The position numbers and the translations under genes are program-made. A DNA stretch of 63,997 nucleotides, the filler included, from Basidiobolus ranarum (Eukaryota), in the NCBI GenBank assembly GCA_040143965.1. It is 4 parts of 4 records of this genome, joined end to end, with 100 filler letters (N's around TTAATTAATTAA, not from the genome) between each part and the next. Parts side by side here need not be neighbours in the genome. Positions count along the whole stretch, not along the records: positions 49,671 to 63,997 come from JASJQH010007305.1; 3 more parts are not named here. One strand, given 5' to 3'. This document shows positions 50,601 to 63,997 of the stretch, piece after piece. Below the pieces are notes generated by a model, which was not told the origin of the DNA, ran no database searches, and saw only the letters and a program-made list of their open reading frames with translations. The number at the start of each line of letters is the position of its first letter. Positions within the stretch are counted from its first letter, which is position 1.

Positions 50601-51550
50601 CTTGAGTCTTGACCTAAATAAACATCATCTGCCTGCATACACATGAAGTGTTGCTAGCAATTATTTTTAACTGCAAATATTGGGAGACCGCTTACCTCGA
50701 GTAGTTTATACCTGTATCTCTAGTTGTGATTAAGGATCTATTATACCCATTCGGTCTATCATGATACCATTAGCCTGGGTATAATGCTTATGGAGTGTGG
50801 TAATTTCTGAACGCATGTAGAAATTGGCTACTTTGGTGCCCCACAAACTTATTAGCGGATGTTGCCGAGATAATTCATTTCGCTTTCCATGGCGTTACAC
50901 CTGCCGTAACACAGTAATAAAAATACCGTTTGGATTAACGCTTTCCAATACACCGAAGAGGTCCGAGGGAAAGCTCGAGCTTGCTAGCGACTGGATGTAC
51001 ACCAGGTCTGAGTATCAAGATAAATATTGGTTTACTTGAGCAAGTGCCATTGGTAGCAGTAAAGTGAACTTTGACTGAATAATCAAAATCATAAGATCAG
51101 TGCAGATCTAGAAATCATTATTCAGGTGGTGGCATGCATATACTGCCACTAGAGGCAAATAACATTAGGCAGTAGTCGCAAAAGCCACTTCCATTGCAGA
51201 ACTGGTTTTTAGCCGCAACATGACCTTCTGAGATTGTATTGGTCGAGATGGCGAACTAAAAAGAACAGCAATTCGAGCAGATTTACGTATTCCTGATTAT
51301 CAGTGCTAAGATTATTAATAAATAGATGGGTCACCTATAATATACAGGAAATGGCGCCCCAATTTCTCCTTGATGGAATGATTTCAATCCACTAGTACAG
51401 AAGCTTATTTCTCACAAAATTCAATTGGCCCACCAAATATTCATATAATAGCTGTACTTCCCCACAGTGGATTCGTAAAACTCAATCTCTAGTCCGGTTT
51501 CTCTTATCATCTTCATACCCTCATTCTTGTAATTTAATTGTTACCACCTA

Positions 51551-51955
51551 ATGTCATTCGCCGCAACTGTCAGAAAAGCCGCCATTCGACCTGGTGCCTC
51601 ATTCAGACCACGTAGGGCTGCTCTAGCTTTAACACCTGCTGCTGTACAAAGAATAAAGGTCATGCAAATGCAGACCTCAGCTGTCGCTCCCGAAGAGCCT
51701 CAATATTTGAAAATTGGAGTCAAAACCAAAGGTTGTTCGGGTCTTAGTTACTCTTTGGATTATACTAGTAAAAAAGAGCGCTTTGATGAGCTTATCGCGC
51801 AAGATGGAGTCAATGTGCTTATAGACTCTAAAGCCCTACTTTCAATTATTGGATCCGAGATGGATTATGTGGAAGATAAACTTTCTTCTCAGTTTGTTTT
51901 CAACAACCCAAATGTTAAGGAAGCTTGTGGTTGTGGACAAAGTTTCATGGTTTAA
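51551..51955 (+). CDS. ISA1: Fe-S cluster assembly protein Isa1 (A-type carrier)
   Basis: KIGVKTKGCSGLSY, GSEMDYVEDKLSSQFVFNNPN, CGCGQSF. Confidence 0.95.
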   Translation: MSFAATVRKAAIRPGASFRPRRAALALTPAAVQRIKVMQMQTSAVAPEEPQYLKIGVKTKGCSGLSYSLDYTSKKERFDELIAQDGVNVLIDSKALLSIIGSEMDYVEDKLSSQFVFNNPNVKEACGCGQSFMV

Positions 51956-53618
51956 ATGTGCTACTGGAGAGGTCAATATCATAACTATGTCGGTAATACG
52001 AACATCCACTTGCAGCCCTTCTCATACACTGCCACTTAGACTAATCATCATTTGCACAATTATTTTTTCACTAACCAAATCCCACTTCCAAGCAATCCTC
52101 ACTGACCTTTCATTCCTTTCTCAAGCATCTTATATTTCTCATGTTACAATTTCTAAAGAAATAATAAATACTGTACAATATTGTTTTCATTTTGGATTTA
52201 TGGATTTTGACTTGGTCCAAGTATTATACATCTAATGTGCTAAAGTATAGCATGTTTGCATGAAATTATAACCAATAAATATTCTCATGCAATGTAACAT
52301 AACGATGAATAATTAAGAGCTGTTTTAATATTCGGAATCAAGTAGGTCGCTTGTGGTATTTGCCAAAATGGGTGGGAAGCGGAAAGCAATATCGATGTTT
52401 CAACCAAATGTAGATAATCACGTAGATGCGGATAATATTCCATCGGATAGATCAATTTGTTTGACTAAATTACCGTAGCATTCAATCAAGTTAGGAATAG
52501 CATATTAATTTGTCATCAAGTGTTTAGGAGCCGCCATACTACGAAACTGAGCTTAGTCACTGACATATTGCTGCTCTTGCTCCTAATACGGGTCTATACC
52601 TGGGTTAAAGTAATATCTTTCAAAGCGTTTGGCTGCCTTCTCGCTGCGTCGGCACTTGGAACAGACTCACATAAAGCCTGGTGATCTGCTTGTTGCTTTA
52701 TAAACACGCAGCTAGGAAACTCTTTGCATATAACACTCTACACTTTCCCGGGAATTGCCCCGTATGGGTGAGAGGGTTGCTCATATATGGAACTCATGTG
52801 ATGCATGCTCAAGGATATTAGTCACTCGGTCTCTCTTGATGACCAACATTTCCGTGATTATGTGCCACCTGGATTTTTCAGCGCTCTAGTCAGACAAGTC
52901 AACTAGATGACGTTTAAAATTCAAACCTGACAGCTGCGATGTGAAATTGTCTTAAACTGGTATTGGCAACTAGTTGAAGTGTTGTATTATACAGTTTTGC
53001 GGGAATTAAATCATCGAAGAACCGAAGAATGATCATGAGGCAACTACATGCCTATTAATCATTCCTTGGATTTAATCTAAGCGAACTATTCTCTCATGCA
53101 TATAGATTTGGGTTTGTGATGGCACATGTCACACCAAACCTCCAACCGCTTGATCAGGTTCAATGTCCAATGAAGTAGGATATGAAATATGGATGCTGTG
53201 GAGTAAATCAATATAGCTATGATGCTAATTCCGGATCATTTGAAACCAAAGCCACAAGACTAACTTTAATTTGGGTCATGATTAGAGCCGATTCAAGATA
53301 GCGATGTATTATGAGCATATTAAGTGACAATTACGTCGACTAATGTAATTTATTGACGGGATATCCTTGTTTCCGAACCAACCTACATTTCCGTTTAACT
53401 TCCTTTCTAAGAAGTGCACAGTACTGGAGCTTTGGCTTACTTATCTTGACATATCCTATTTTTATCTTTCCCCATATCTTCTGTGTGTCTAGGTGAAAAC
53501 CATTGTCTTCATACCCTCCTCTGTTATTCCTCTTCACTCCACCTCTGGAGAGGCTCTTGTCTAATAGCTGTAGTCAGTTTTCTACTTATACCTCATCTTT
53601 TCAAAAGAGTTTTTAATT

Positions 53619-56600
53619 ATGGGTGCAGCAGTTTTATCAAATTCCGAAGCGTACCTTGCTAAATTGAAAAAGGAATCTGTAATACAGTTCGATTCTAGGT
53701 ATCCTTTAAAGGCTTGGATTGTATCCGCTGATAAACTTTACAACCAGGTATATACTATTTGACTTGCTAGCACAAGTGGAAAGGGAGTCTTTTTTTACAA
53801 ACTCTGATTGTTGCAAATATAGGCACAGCGCGCCCTTGATGGTGGTGATCTGGAAGCTGCATACATATATTACTTAAAAGCTACCAGGTAAATATACAGT
53901 CTACCACTTTATTTCTCATCATTCAAGGTGTAACCCCACTTTCTTTTATCCAGCATCGTTGTGGACTATATACCAAAACACAAAGAATTTCCAAGGTATT
54001 TGAAGGAAGATTCTTATCTAGAGTTAAAGAAGGTATTTTTACCCTTCATATAAGCCCATTTTAGTCCTTCTAATTTAGTATATTTGTGACAGAAAATACT
54101 TGAAGCTGTGCCGGGTTTTGAGTCTGTTAAGTTAGGCCTAGAAAGAGAACTTGTTTTAGATCCAACAAGTTATGCTAGAGCTACTAGCATGTCAAAAATC
54201 ATCACTCCAAACCCTATGAACGATGCTTTATACGATAGTATCATTTCTAATATTGGTAAACCAGATGAGGGATCACCAATATCTTTCTCTCGTATCCAAC
54301 CAGTGACACCCTTGGGTGGTCGAAGTAGACCTGTAATTAGTAAACCAAAAAGGACTTTAATAGGACCAAATGATAATGGAGGTTCTTCATCCAAGAGATC
54401 CACCTCTTACTCCGTTCCTCATACGGCAGTCATCTTGCCCGAAACACTTAATGAATACCTAGGCGCCAATAATCCATTGTCGTTATTGATTCTAGATATT
54501 CGCCCCAAGGCAGAATTTTTACAAGCTCACATACGAGGAAAATGTGTTATCAATATTGAGCCTTGTACGTTGAGAGAAGAGTATGTTTGCCTTTAAATTC
54601 ACCTTATATGCTATCTATTTATTGAATATACCACTTACATATTTCAGGGTAACATCTTCAAAGATAGAAGCAACTCTTGTTCTATCATCTCAACACAAAC
54701 AAGACTTATTTTGTGATAGAAGTAAGTTTGATCTTGTGATAATATATGATAAGGGCTCTAAAACTTTGGATCAAAGAGTATTCTTACGAGACGGAGTTGT
54801 GTCAGAGAGCCCTTTGCAAAAATTAGTTCATGCTCTGTACGATCCGGAGGCAATTAAGAGAACCAAGAGAAAGCCTGTGCTTTTAGTTGGTGGATTTGAT
54901 GCTTGGTGGAAAGCTTATGGCCCCTCTGGTTGTTTCACAGAAGCTGAGCTTGTCGCCGCGCAAACTGAGAAGAATCCTACAAATGACTCAACAAACGATG
55001 GAGAAACCATTAATACTGTAGACTGGCCAATGTGTATCTCTAAAAGGTACAAGTGGAAATGGAGCTACCAAATAATAACTCTATTAAGGTTTTTTTTCTA
55101 TTTAGATCTCCCGAACATATTTCATCACAAAGAGCGGGCCTTTTGGCCAAGAAACTCACCAAGCGATCTGTGATTAGCCCTGCTCTAGGACGCCCAATCT
55201 CAAGAAATGTGCTCGATTACGTATGCTTTCAGCTCTTTAAAGCATCTGCCTTCTTCAACTTACTAAATATGATGATCCATTTATTGAATAGTTTCAAGCG
55301 CAGACTCCGGTTCCGCCGCCCCCGATGATCAAACGTAGCAATTCAAAGCCTGCGAGAAACGGTTTGAAGCTTCAATTTGACTACTTAAAATCTAATCGGA
55401 AAACACCTCAACCTTCCTCTTCAGTCACATCTGAGCCAGTAATAAAACTATCCAATCCCACTCCACCAAAACCTGTTGACATACAGGCTCAAAGTAACTC
55501 TGCTAGTACAAATAGAAATAGCACCTTTTTGGATAATCCCTACTATGGATTTACCATTACGAAGAGTCAATTTGGTAGTCCTCCTACTCCTCGGAGACCA
55601 TTACCGGAAATCCCTTCAAAGGTTATCACAACTCACCTGGCTCCTAGTCCAACTCATGGAATGTCGTTAGTGCCTCCAGTATTTGAATCATCAGTCAAAG
55701 AGCTTGGCTCAGTTCGTATCGGAACTACAGGCCTAAAAAATCTTGGAAATACTTGCTTCATGAATTCCATTTTACAATGCTTAAGTGGAACCATTCCTTT
55801 GGCGAGATACTTTCTTGATGGTAGTTACAAACGACATATCAATGCAACCAATTTTCTTGGTACTGGTGGGGTGTTAGCCGAGGCATTTGGGAACCTAATT
55901 CGTGTGATGTGGAGTGAACAATACAATTTCGTCTCTCCAGTAACATTTCGTGAAGCCATTGGTCGCTTTGCATCCCAATTTCAGGGCTACGAACAACAAG
56001 ATGCCCAAGAGTTACTGGCATTTCTTTTGGACGGTTTGCACGAGGATTTGAATTTGATCGTAACGAAACCGCCTATTTGTGATGATGATGATGATTATTT
56101 GGAAAGTCTTCCGGAGGAGGAGGCGGCTAACTTGGCCTGGGAAAAGTACCTTTTACGTAACTCTTCTATTATCGTCGGTTTATTCCAAGGTCAATTCCGA
56201 TCTCGCCTAAAGTGTACTTTTTGCCAACATACGTCTACTACATATAATGCTTTCATGTATCTTTCTTTACCGATTCCGAAAAACAAGGAAACCGTTACGT
56301 TGCACGATTGTCTCAATGAATTTGTGCGTGAGGAAGTACTAGAAGGCGATGATGCTTGGTTTTGTTCGAAATGTAAGCAACGTCGTAGGGCCATCAAAAG
56401 TCTTACAATATCCCGATTCCCAGACGTCTTACTCATTCACATTAAGCGATTCTCATTCCATGGACCGTTCCGTGATAAGCTTAATAATTTGGTGAAGTAC
56501 CCACTTCGGGATCTTGATCTCACTCAGTATGTCCCCACTTCGGCAAATCGACCTACATCCCATTACGATCTGTTTGGCGTTTCGAATCACATGGGTGGGC

Positions 56601-56752
56601 TTAGCGGTGGTCACTATACGGCACATATCAAGAATGGCTATCGTGGTCAATGGCACTACTTTGATGATAGTAGAGTATCTGTGTGTGAAGAGTCCAAAGT
56701 CATGTCTAAATCGGCGTACATTTTATTTTATGTTCGAAGCTCAGTAAATTAG
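53619..56752 (+). CDS. DOA4: Ubiquitin C-terminal hydrolase, Doa4/USP8-like
   Basis: N-terminal MIT/USP8-dimer-like helices, a rhodanese domain (LLILDIRP...LLVGGFDAW), Cys box GLKNLGNTCFMNS, QQDAQE and His box HMGGLSGGHYTA. Six introns. Confidence 0.9.
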
Positions 56753-57601
56753 CAAATGACAACCTAACTCGTTAATGAATCGTCAGGTGATATCCACATA
56801 CGTTTATGATGAGCTATCTGCTTTTTAAACCCTAATACCTCCATCCCTATCTCCATTCTCATTCTCATTAGAACTAGTTCGTTTAGAATCGTTAACATTT
56901 CCTATATCCGGTGTATCAGTTCATTCCTGTACGCATTTAAAAGGCCTGTAAGCTGATTTCTTGAAGCAATTTCAGTCTCAATCAACTTGAATGTTAACTC
57001 TTCCTAGGAACAATTTGCTTTCCCACTCACTCATAATTCACTATGTTATGATTTCAATGTATCCACTTTCTCTTTTGCCTACCATATTGAGATGAAAATG
57101 TATACCATAGTCGATTAACATTCCTTCTAAATCCTACCTAATCTTCCCAGTCCTTGCGTGATTCGATTCTCAAGAAAACTTGATAAATGCCCAAAATGAA
57201 TCCAGAGTCTGAATTCTCAAACATAATAGATTTGGGATTGTTCTTTAATCAAGATGTTGGGAGTATTTAAATATGCGGATTGTAGTGATAATAGTTGACA
57301 CTTTATCACACCCTAAATATACAATGCCTAAGAGTACATTCTACTTCAGTCTAGAAGTATGGCAACGTGACTACGCGTGATTCAAAGTTCATTCCTTATG
57401 ATCATATATTTAGTCAATACATGGTATCTAGACTAGTTCTAGTATGAATATTATAACTTCTATTGAAATTAACATAGTCCAAGCATCTATATAGTCATAT
57501 ATAGCTTAGTATTTAGTTAATCCATATTGAACTAAGATATTACCCATTATTCAATATCGGAATTTACTTAGAAGTTTGAAGATATATATATTTTGCAAAC
57601 T

Positions 57602-57706
57602 TGTCCTAGAAGCCCCAAGCGTTGCACACATATCTCTGGGACCTTCCTTAACACATCTACATGTTTGCTAGTGGACCTCTTGACAACACTATAAATGTCA
57701 ACTTTC
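57602..57706 (+). mobile_element. Partial solo LTR of the same copia family as 33678-33864
   Basis: Colinear with the 5' ~105 bp of that LTR, including 22 identical nt (tctgggaccttccttaacacat), tcttgacaa and tataaatg. Confidence 0.8.
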
Positions 57707-59874
57707 TTAAAAGGTATGTGTGCATACTTATTTGATGTTGGCCTTATCAGATATAGTTAAAGCTAGATACCATTATCTCATTGTTATCCTTTGTAACAAA
57801 GTGTACTTATATTTTACCTCTGATTTAAGCAGTGAGCTCTTTCTTTTTCTTTTATTATATCTTCGGAAAGCTGCCTCTCACTAGTAAATGCTTACTAAAT
57901 TTTCTGGATAAGATATATGGTGCTCACTGCAATAGCTGATTTCAAACAACTGTTATAATTTATGTGAATCAAATAAATGCTTGATTAAATAGGTTGTATT
58001 CTCTGTGATGATGAAGAGCTCTCCTTGCTATAGAGATATTTTTTCTCAATCTTATTCTGATTAACTTTGAGAAGTTGGGCTATCTCACCGATGGAGACTA
58101 TTAGTCCTAATTAGCAGCTAGTTGCTCCGAATCTGAGGCTCTGAATGCCGATGTTTATTTGTTTGATGCTGGTTTGTCACGTAGAAGCTATGTCAGATAA
58201 CGGCTTAGGGGAATTTATAATCTTTTCATGTTAAGTTGAAGAGATGGACTTCGGACCACGCAATACTCAGTTATCTTCCATCTTTCTGTTTGAATTTGTC
58301 ACACTTTGCAGAGAGCAACGCTTGCGATTTGCCATCTGTTGAATACGCATCTATAACTGAAGAATATACCAAATAAGTTTATATGAATATTGGATACTAA
58401 GCACCCTGTTGTATGTTGTTTCAACTGAGTCAAATCGCTTCTCGTGATCCAAATGGCGTATGTCTAAGTCTTCTGCTACTACAGGAGTTAATGGACCTAC
58501 TTTGCTATCAGATTCAACTTGATTAAAGATCAGTCACAATATGTCTCTAATATCCATCGAACAGTACTCTACTCAGTCGACGGTGTTGAGAATTTCCACA
58601 TATAGATTTTCTAACATCTGACGTTTTCGGAATTCTTTATTTATCGTAACTAATGCGTCAGTTAATAATCACCAGACACTATAGATTAGATGACATTCTG
58701 AAAGATATAATGTGAATACTTAGATTTAACCCTAACCCTTTTTACTTACCCATCTAGGAGATATTCAATTCAATTAACCTGATTCCTATGAACACTCGAG
58801 ATTTATGTCCAATGTGATTGAATACTTTACCAGTGATTGGAAAACCATCCAAAAGTAGCAATTTCTGTAATAAAGTAGTCCAATAATTGTCGAAATCTCT
58901 TCTGTAATTTACCAGGTTTATGATAATATTACCGATAATGTCAATACAGTACGCTACGTCACTTGTCAATTCCACCATGGTCGATTTAAAGGTAATAAAA
59001 CTAAATATCAACAGTGTACAAGTTATACCACAGCGTTTGAATACTGCAGAGAGATTGATTCATTATTGTGATACGATTTGCAAGTAAAAATATAATGGCC
59101 CTATAATATTGCTTAAACCGGCCCAAGTATCAAACCGATTTGATGCAAATATGCCCGAGTTTTCAAATATAGGTTTCGATATACTGGTTCCTAACCTTTT
59201 TGGAGATGAACGCTGATTTTAAGATTTCAAATACACGTTGCACAGTCATTTAAGTAGACAACACAACAGTAAACAGAAATGGGGTTGTAGCATTACCACA
59301 TTTCTTGTGGTGAGAAACCAGGTATGCAGATCTATTGGCATTTTACTTCGTGATTAGCCACATTATTAGAAAGGAAGTGCGACCTCTATATCCATGATCT
59401 TATCGCAGGGGGTAAGGACAACGCTCTCTTTTGAAATCAAGGTTACCTAGCGGCAGATGGCAGTGTTACCAACTAGTAAAGAAGTTTAAGAGAATTTCGA
59501 AACCTTATAGCTTACTTGATGGGAGTGATCTAACATTTCTATCATGAGGCCTTTCCACCTTCCAAAATGAAATTTATTCAAAAATTACAAACATTTACCG
59601 GAATGACAGGGATGTGTTTTGTTCGCCGTTTAGGTTTAATGGGTAAACACTTGTCTCGTATACAAAACCATTATAAAAAAATACCACTTGAATTATTTCT
59701 AAAGTAGGTTGTGGGATATACTGAGAGGGTAAATCAACTGTCTTTATCTTACTTGTTATCCCTTCGTTGGATATACTGGCATGACCGTAAATGTGGTAGC
59801 CACTGCCTTTTTAAATGTGCCTGTCTAAAGTTCATTATGAGAGATAAATACGTTTGGGGTATATTTCGGCCTGT

Positions 59875-60807
59875 CTAACTTGGTCGTACTCCTATGTAGA
59901 GATCCCAACTATCATTGGCCTCCTCATCCTTGTAACGGTTCTCGTTGTTATTGATGGGAAGGTTCGACTCTTCATAAATGTTCTCTTTCTTGTGTAAATA
60001 GTGTGAATGCTCGGTTTGTTTCATGATTAGCCAGGCGTTGGTTATCCCTGATAAAATCAAAGGTTAGTTTTAGTATTTCTTTTGCTTTTTGTTCTGAGAA
60101 GTGTACTTACATCCTATGCGTAGTAGATGCTCGACAGAGATGAAGCTCAAGTTACTAAAGATTAACGCGCAGAAGACTATGTTCACCGCGCAAATTACTA
60201 TGGGTAGTGCAAACCCATGCTGAATCAACATGGAATATACTTTGGAAGGAATGAATTGGGACTGAGTGGTGATCTTTCTAACGAACATGTAACTAAGGAA
60301 TATCACAATGATAGACTCTGATACCAACAGAAGCAACGGCCACTGCGCATCATTTTCCACTGAACAAACTCCAATATATTCTTGGGTTACTCTGGATGAA
60401 CGGATGATCTGAATGGTGCCAACCAAGCGGCAAACTTGACAACAGACGAACACGACCCCGATGAATTTAAAGGATTTACTTGCATAGTAAGCTTTAAGAA
60501 ATAGGATCAAATAAATAAGTAGGAAGGAGATGAATGAGATCAGTTGGTACAGATAAAACTGGAAGGCGCAATCATGTTTACGATAGAATACAGCTATCAG
60601 GTCGACCACAACGTTGACTAGGAAGAAGCAACATTGCATGAGGTTGAGTTTGTAAATTACCAAAGTCTCCGCCAGAGCAATCTTTATTGAGCGATATGTT
60701 CCCTGAATGGCAATTGGAAATGCGAAAGCAATAAGGATTGTGGTCAGATTGTGGCGAAATACAAGATCGTTATCAATATCTTTGCCGGTGTGAATTATCT
60801 CATCCAT
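59875..60807 (-). CDS. Seven-transmembrane GPCR-like orphan protein
   Basis: Intron 60110-60048 (GTAAGT...CAG) joins the 245-aa and 61-aa ORFs in frame. About seven hydrophobic segments; Cys at the top of TM3 (HDCAF) and in the TM4-TM5 loop (GVCSV). Confidence 0.65.
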
Positions 60808-63800
60808 TGCAAAGGAAAGTAGTGTATTTTCTCTACGAAGAGAGTAAGTACAGGTGGTTACGGCCGGTCCATCCTGAATTTATACTAAATATGCAAGATC
60901 CAAAAGTGATACGCATTTAGTCAATTGGTGTCAAGCAAAATATCACATAGCTTACAAACACATGATTGAGCCTGTAATTGAGATTTTCTAGATGGATACA
61001 GACTTGAACTCGGCGTTACATAAATCTGACACCAAGTAGACAATCTTAAGACATATGGCTGTCAATCTATTGATTTCACACGCTTGCAGAGACCAATGAG
61101 CTTCAGCAAAGCAATCCAGGTTCTTAATTGGACTTGCTAAGCTACAGTTTGGTAGAGCCGCTTAGTTGTGCATCAGAACTAGCATTGGTGTAGAGCAGAT
61201 GATTGGACACCCACCGCCGCATATTGACCATTGGTCACAAATAACGAGCTGTCGCGATATGAATTCGCTTGCTACGTAGACCGCCTTGGAAGTTGCTAGT
61301 GCAATTCCAACACTTATCGCGATGAGGTAAGTGTGCCAGACAAGATTCGCCCTAATTTATGCAGATTAATATCGACGAGTGAAGACAACCGAAGTGAATC
61401 CTCGCTCGGTTCTTACCATCAGATTGATCCCAGCAACGTGATATCAACGATCAGAGGATGGTTTGTGAAAAGTTTTCCAATTCAGTTTAAGAGATGGTTA
61501 CACGAGATCTGCCGCATGAAAGAAACCTGCCACCCAGAACTCACCAAAGCCTTTCTTGGCAGTGTGGGATAGGCCCTTGTCGTCATATGTTCCTTTCATG
61601 GCAAGGACTTGAGTTCAAACCACAAATCCAAGGCTACAGGCATCCTCTCCAAGCATTGAGGCAAAATCGGCATCTGAGACAAACACCAGTACTGCCAGGT
61701 CACTCCACATAATCAATGGACCAGAAGCATATGCGTGCTGAGAGAATTAGCTGGCTGTCCAGTTTGCGTAGAAGTAATTGGTCATTCGGTAATATGGACT
61801 TGTCATTTATGGACATATCTATCGACATGGACAAGGGCTAAAACATTTAGAAAACCATAGACACCAATGTATTATGAGCTAGATTGATTTCTGCAGAATG
61901 TTTCCTAGCGCATGCTTATCGCAACGCAGCCGGGATTGTTGAGAAGGGTTTGTCGGGTAGTGGAAAAAGCGCTGATGCTTGAGTCGTACGATGATACCGC
62001 TATCTTATCTCAGATAATCACAACCATTCTGCACATGATAACGTAGATCAGACTGAAGAGATCCAGGTGAGATACCATGCTCGAGTTGTAGTAGCAATAT
62101 CAGAATTCAAATGTGCCATCGCCACGTTCAGCGATTTCATCATTTCTTAGATGCTTGAAAGCGTTACTCGGTAGACTTGACAAGTAGGGAGGAGTGCTAT
62201 TGGTACTGTCCTGGCACCGAGGAAATGAATCTGGCACATCCTATTGACTAATGGTTTTGGCTATTAAAAGATAAAACTACTGGTCAGCATTAATAGTGAA
62301 CCGTCTATGAATTTCCGCTCCATGTCCCCGTGGCAAATACCTTCCCATTGGCCTAGCTTGGTTGCCTATCAGTAGCGAATTGACAGATCGATGAATAGTT
62401 AAATTGAGGTTCATTTAAATTAAAAGTTTATTCAATCATTAAAACTACATTTGCTCTGGGTGCTGGTTTTTCCATACTCCAAGGATCCATTCGGTGCACA
62501 TTCATCTTTGTGGTCAGATTTCGGAGGTTCCGTGTTTCGAAACCATTCCCTACACTAGAGAATCTCGAGGATACAAGCATTTGGCAGGACAGGGTTCACC
62601 ACAAAAAGTATCGGAAATCTCTATATCGCACTTTTAATTCGTGTTCAGATGATACAAATCAATCAATCATGATTCAGTGTTTCACTGCTTAACTTATATG
62701 ATGCCTTATTATTTCCTTTGCATAAAAAAAATTTGTGTTCCAGAATCAATAGTCCGATTAGATGTAATTTATAAGTGCACCCCATTTCTAGACTTGAACC
62801 CTGAGAACTACACCAAACATATATGGAAAGGTATCTTTCAACTTGATTTCTTAAACATAAGATAGTCATCATAGTAGTACACTTTGGGAAAGGCTACTGT
62901 GCATTTGTCCTTGATACATTGAGTCGTCATGACATTAATTGACTATTCAAAATGAGAGAGATCAGAAGTTACATCAGATACCAAAGCACCGTTTGGTACA
63001 AGTATATGGCTTATTGGACTTTGAGCCTCTAGTGCAAAGAGAAAGGATGGCAATATGTTGTCAAAGAACAATGGTTAAAGAATACACCCATGTTGTAGTT
63101 AAAACCCTACAAAGTATATTGTATCTTGAATATTTAAACCACAACTAAGCATGATACAGATGTCACCTGGTTCTTACCTATTTGAAGCTTGAATCTTGTC
63201 AGTTCTTTTTAAAGTTGGGAGTATGAAAAGCACTAGTAGATGTGAGCCTCAGTTAGCTATATACTAATGTAAACAAAGTGACATGTACAACATTATTCTC
63301 TTTAGATATCATGATAATATAGGATAAAATCTGTACTTAACTTGACAACCAATGTATTGAAGCTCTAAGGATGTGCAAACAGAGTCAAGAGGCTGGAGTG
63401 TAAACAGAAAGGAAGGAATTTAGCATGCACCATTTGGATAATGAAACTGAAAGCTATAATAATGGTGATTAACAACAGAGTTAGGGAAGTAAAGCACTGT
63501 TTCCAAAGATCTAAGCAACAGTATGTAGCAACAATTTTAGACTTCTGTGTATCATGCATTTTGCCAAGATAATAGTTAAGGAATAGGATCATCTTGGATT
63601 AGCTAGAATCAAGATAGTGGATTTAAGGATGGTCCATCAAGCCACTTCTCAATCAGTGGATTTTTTAGGGTTAAGGGATGATAATAACCAGAAGGTACAA
63701 TATTTATTTATCAATTTCAACAAAGTCAATAGGTAAATAAGCCAGGTTATTGTATAATATTCAAAGATAAAGTCAAGATGTTGACAGAGCTAAATTTCCT

Positions 63801-63997
63801 ACTAAGCTATGCCTAAGAGTATTCCAGATAGGATTCAACCAAGGGTTAGGGGGGAGACAGTCACCAAAAGGTGAAATCTTTATTTTAAACAAAACAAAGA
63901 AGCCATAACTACTTTTGTAGTTTCTTAACTAATGTATGGAGATCTGGAGTATTTGTATGAATGTTGCAAAGCAGAAAAGTTAAGTCAGTAGAATCTA

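Noticed and set aside
53145..53180. TPP riboswitch-like TTGATCAGGTTCAATG
   Set aside because: No upstream CTGAGA or P2/P3 elements, and no thiamine-related gene nearby.
53699..53707. GTATCCTTT as a second U12 donor in DOA4
   Set aside because: It falls in in-frame coding sequence (RYPLKAW), and a normal donor at 53748 explains the structure.
61550..61720. Reverse-transcriptase-like YVxDLAVL...LGFVV fragment on the minus strand
   Set aside because: It needs frameshifts, and no other RT motifs support it.

Overview
Gene-dense, intron-rich nuclear DNA of an early-diverging (non-Dikarya) fungus. Zoopagomycota/Mucoromycota-like is my inference from the fused Trp synthase, PMT and Reg1-like genes alongside animal-shared genes (MMAB, ROCK/MRCK-type kinase, FUBP-type KH protein) and a probable U12 intron. 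The window is not one locus: four contigs are joined by artificial 100-bp N44-TTAATTAATTAA-N44 spacers and appear sorted by length, so linkage across spacers is meaningless. About 27 protein-coding genes are supported, mostly housekeeping (ELYS-like, RPS13, CLYBL/CitE, PP2C, HSDL2-like, TRP5, PMT2-family, GLT1, ATP7, CWC15, BCS1, MPS1, ISA1, DOA4), plus Ty1/copia relics. Best leads: a probable minor-spliceosome intron; a DMPK/ROCK/MRCK-family kinase ending in a polybasic CAAX motif; a cobalamin adenosyltransferase apparently lacking a mitochondrial presequence; a 7TM GPCR-like orphan; a two-repeat RRxS microprotein; and nested CpG-depleted LTR relics. I found no tRNA, rRNA or CRISPR, and no convincing novel multi-gene system.
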